This document shows positions 59,784-64,000 of a stretch of 64,000 nt of DNA, one piece after another; positions within the stretch are counted from its first letter, which is position 1, and each line of letters begins with the position of its first letter. The position numbers were made by a program, and so were the translations under genes. The DNA lies in the NCBI GenBank assembly GCA_041749335.1, contig JBGTBM010000010.1, positions 142,039 through 206,038 on the forward strand, given 5' to 3'. Source of the DNA: Patescibacteria group bacterium (GTDB lineage Bacteria > Patescibacteriota > JABMPQ01). Under the pieces are notes generated by a model. That model ran no database searches and was not told where the DNA came from. It saw nothing but the letters and a program-made list of their open reading frames with translations.

Positions 59784-61277
59784 ATGTCAACAAACTCAAT
59801 TATAGAGGAACTTAAAAAAAATATTTCCTCTTTCAAAAAAGAAACTGCCCAAGAAGAAATTGGTACGGTCGTAGAAGTAGGAGATGGAATTGCTCGCTTA
59901 CAAGGTTTAAACAATTGCCAAGCTAGCGAAATGTTGGAATTTTCCGGCGGTACCTATGGAATGGCTTTAAATCTTGAAGAAGAAACTGTAGGTTCAGTGT
60001 TACTTGGTGAATACGAACATATAAAAGAAGGTGACACGGTTAAGCGAACCGGCAGAATTCTTTCGGTGCCAGTCGACGAAGAATTAATCGGCCGAGTAAT
60101 TAATCCGCTTGGCCAACCAATTGATGGTGGCCCGGAATTAAAAATTAAAAAATTTTATCCGATTGAAAAAATTGCCCCGGGAGTAATTACCAGAGAACCA
60201 GTCAGCCAGCCGGTACAAACAGGAATCAAAGCAATTGATGCCATGATTCCGATCGGACGAGGACAGCGAGAATTAATTATCGGCGATCGGCAGACCGGTA
60301 AAACAGCAATCGCAATTGATACGATCATCAACCAAAAAGGGCAAAACATGATTTGCATTTACGTAGCTATCGGCCAGAAGGAATCAAAAATTGCTCATTT
60401 GGTAGCAAAACTAAAGGAAGCAGGAGCGATGGACTACACTATTGTAGTGGTCGCTGGTGCTTCTCAACCTGCCTCCCTTTCTTATATTGCTCCCTATGCC
60501 GGCGTGGCTATTGCGGAATATTTTATGGACCAGGGCAAAGATGTTTTATGTATTTATGATGATCTCTCAAAACAAGCCTGGGCATATCGAGAAATTTCTT
60601 TATTATTGCGCCGCCCTCCCGGACGCGAAGCTTATCCCGGGGACGTTTTTTACTTGCATTCACGCCTATTGGAGCGCGCTTGCCGACGCAATAAAGAATC
60701 TGGCGGCGGCTCAATTACCGCTCTACCGATTATTGAAACGCAAGCCGGAGATGTTACTGCCTATATTCCTACTAATGTGATATCGATTACCGACGGACAA
60801 ATTTTTCTAGAAACCGACCTTTTTTATCGCGGCATCAGACCCGCTCTTAATGTTGGAATTTCTGTTTCCCGCGTTGGCGGCGCCGCCCAAATTAAACCGA
60901 TGAAAAAGGTGGCCGGAAAATTAAAATTAACCATGGCGCAATTCCGCGAACTGGAAGCTTTTGCCCAATTTGCCAGCGATCTTGATCCGGAAACCAAAAT
61001 GCAGATTGAACGCGGACAAAGAATTACCGAACTGCTGAAACAACCGCAATATTATCCTCTACCCGTCGAACATCAGGTAGCTGCTATTTTTGCCGTTGAT
61101 AATGGCTTTTTTGACCAGATAGAGCTTAAAAATATTTCTGCCGCCGAGAAAAATTTGATTGAATTTATGGAAAAAACTAAGCGGTCTTTATTAGATAAAA
61201 TCGCCCAGGGAGAATGGGATGATAAAATCGAACAAAATTTAAAGGACGCTTGTCAAGAATTTATTAAAAGCAATTAA
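59784..61277 (+). CDS. atpA: ATP synthase subunit alpha
   Basis: [29 protein letters not shown]. Confidence 0.99.
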   Translation: MSTNSIIEELKKNISSFKKETAQEEIGTVVEVGDGIARLQGLNNCQASEMLEFSGGTYGMALNLEEETVGSVLLGEYEHIKEGDTVKRTGRILSVPVDEELIGRVINPLGQPIDGGPELKIKKFYPIEKIAPGVITREPVSQPVQTGIKAIDAMIPIGRGQRELIIGDRQTGKTAIAIDTIINQKGQNMICIYVAIGQKESKIAHLVAKLKEAGAMDYTIVVVAGASQPASLSYIAPYAGVAIAEYFMDQGKDVLCIYDDLSKQAWAYREISLLLRRPPGREAYPGDVFYLHSRLLERACRRNKESGGGSITALPIIETQAGDVTAYIPTNVISITDGQIFLETDLFYRGIRPALNVGISVSRVGGAAQIKPMKKVAGKLKLTMAQFRELEAFAQFASDLDPETKMQIERGQRITELLKQPQYYPLPVEHQVAAIFAVDNGFFDQIELKNISAAEKNLIEFMEKTKRSLLDKIAQGEWDDKIEQNLKDACQEFIKSN

Positions 61278-61279
61278 AT

Positions 61280-62236
61280 ATGGCTGTTAATACTAAAGCA
61301 ATAAAAAGACGGCTGCGTTCCGTCGGCAGCACAAAAAAGATTACCAAAGCCATGGAAATGGTTGCTGCTGCTAAAATGCGCAAGGCAGTCAATGCCGCTT
61401 TGGAAACACGCACCTATGCTAAATTGGCTTGGGATCTTTTAGTTAGCCTATCTAAAACCCAAAAAGCAGCTATCCCCCTTTTGCAAGTTAGGCCGGTAAA
61501 TAAATTATTAATTATTTTAGTAACATCTAACCGCGGCTTATGCGGAAGCTTTAACGCGAATATCATCCGAAAAACTGCCAAGCAATTAGAAGATCCCCGC
61601 CTAATAAGCCGGCACCGAATTAAAAATCAAGATATTTCTCCCGCTAGCAAAGAAATTGACGTAGATATTATCGGGATTGGCAAAAAAGGTGCAGATTTCG
61701 CTAAAAAGACCGGTAATAATTTGATAGCTTCTTTTACTAATTTATCCGACACTCCTAAACTTAACGATGTTTATCCAATAAGCCACTTAGCTATCCAAAA
61801 ATACTCTGATCAAAAATACGATAAAGTTATTGTAGCTTATACTGAATTTTATTCAGCGATATCGCAAATTGCAAAATTACGTCAAGTTTTACCTATATCC
61901 GAAAATGATTTGGAAAAAATGATAACTGATATAGATAATACCGAATCGAAATTACAGCCGGCAGAAACTGATTATTTAGAAGATTTTTTATTTGAACCTA
62001 GCCGTCAGGAAGTACTAAAAACAATTTTGCCTCGCCTGGTGGAAACACAAATATACCAAGCATTATTGGAATCAGCCGCGAGCGAGCACAGCGCGCGAAT
62101 GCTAGCTATGCGTAATGCCAATGAAGCGGCGGAAGATATGGTTGAAGAATTAAATCTGCATTACAATAAAGCGCGCCAAGCAATAATTACCAGAGAAATC
62201 GCGGAAATTGCCAGTGGAGCAGCCGCTTTAGAATAA
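61280..62236 (+). CDS. atpG: ATP synthase subunit gamma
   Basis: KITKAMEMVAAAK, RGLCGSFN, RQAIITREIAEI. Confidence 0.98.
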   Translation: MAVNTKAIKRRLRSVGSTKKITKAMEMVAAAKMRKAVNAALETRTYAKLAWDLLVSLSKTQKAAIPLLQVRPVNKLLIILVTSNRGLCGSFNANIIRKTAKQLEDPRLISRHRIKNQDISPASKEIDVDIIGIGKKGADFAKKTGNNLIASFTNLSDTPKLNDVYPISHLAIQKYSDQKYDKVIVAYTEFYSAISQIAKLRQVLPISENDLEKMITDIDNTESKLQPAETDYLEDFLFEPSRQEVLKTILPRLVETQIYQALLESAASEHSARMLAMRNANEAAEDMVEELNLHYNKARQAIITREIAEIASGAAALE

Positions 62237-63631
<1,395 letters not shown>

Positions 63632-63647
63632 TTTTTATTATTATTTT

Positions 63648-64000
63648 ATGAAAAGTTTAAAAATAAAAATTGCTACGCCTGAAAGAATTGTTTACGAGAA
63701 TGATATTTTTCAAGCAACCATTCCAACTCAAAACGGAGAAATTACCATATTGCCGAATCACATTCCCCTAGTATCAGTTTTACGAGCAGGAGAGCTAATG
63801 ATTAAAGATAAGAATGGCGAACAAATTTTAGCCTTAGCCGGTGGTTTCTTGGAAATAAAAAATAATAATGAAATAACTATCCTCGCGGACAATATTGAAC
63901 GAGTAGAAGAAATTGACATCGCGCGCGCTGAAGAAGCGAGAAAAAGAGCAGAGGAACAAATGAAAGGATCTAAAGATGCTCAAGAGGTTGATTTTGCCCG
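63648..64000 (+). CDS. atpC: ATP synthase subunit epsilon, 3'-truncated by the window edge
   Basis: Manual translation: MKSLKIKIATPERIVY...GEITILPNHIPL...GGFLEI. Confidence 0.93.
   Translation, partial: MKSLKIKIATPERIVYENDIFQATIPTQNGEITILPNHIPLVSVLRAGELMIKDKNGEQILALAGGFLEIKNNNEITILADNIERVEEIDIARAEEARKRAEEQMKGSKDAQEVDFA

Noticed and set aside
61590-61660. Short insertion in AtpG (EDPRLISRHRIKNQDISPASKE)
   Set aside because: It falls in a variable surface region and has no Cys pair or palindrome, so no regulatory role can be supported.

Overview
AT-rich bacterial chromosome segment, genetic code 11. Gene content and order point to a Candidate Phyla Radiation (Patescibacteria, Parcubacteria-like) genome, by inference. 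The left end (1-3978) is the right arm of an integrated element: a primase/NTPase, a Zn-finger protein and a large serine recombinase whose 3' end runs into tRNA-Lys. Housekeeping blocks follow: CIRCE-hrcA-grpE-hsp20-dnaK-dnaJ; mraZ-rsmH-ftsL-PBP-murF; L10 leader-rplJ-rplL; mltG; a Bacteroidota-like mevalonate pair plus uppS; trxB; cca; rel; parAB; glyA; tsaC; dprA-topA; rpmG; and an F1Fo ATP synthase operon cut off in atpC. There are six intact tRNAs. The most unusual observations are: (1) decayed 'shadow' copies beside tRNA-Lys, -Thr and -Trp carrying short GC-rich palindromes, with the anticodon arm replaced by nearly the same TCCCGC-nnn-GCGGG hairpin in two of them, and a related palindrome in frame in rplL; (2) a lone ~60% GC Cys-rich gene with an AT-rich promoter, a structured SD/anti-SD leader, a possible leader-trailer stem and a terminator; (3) three tandem Cys-rich surface proteins with PEF-CTERM-like tails near a sortase; (4) a switch-like leader upstream of the recombinase; (5) an MFS gene split by one in-frame TAG.
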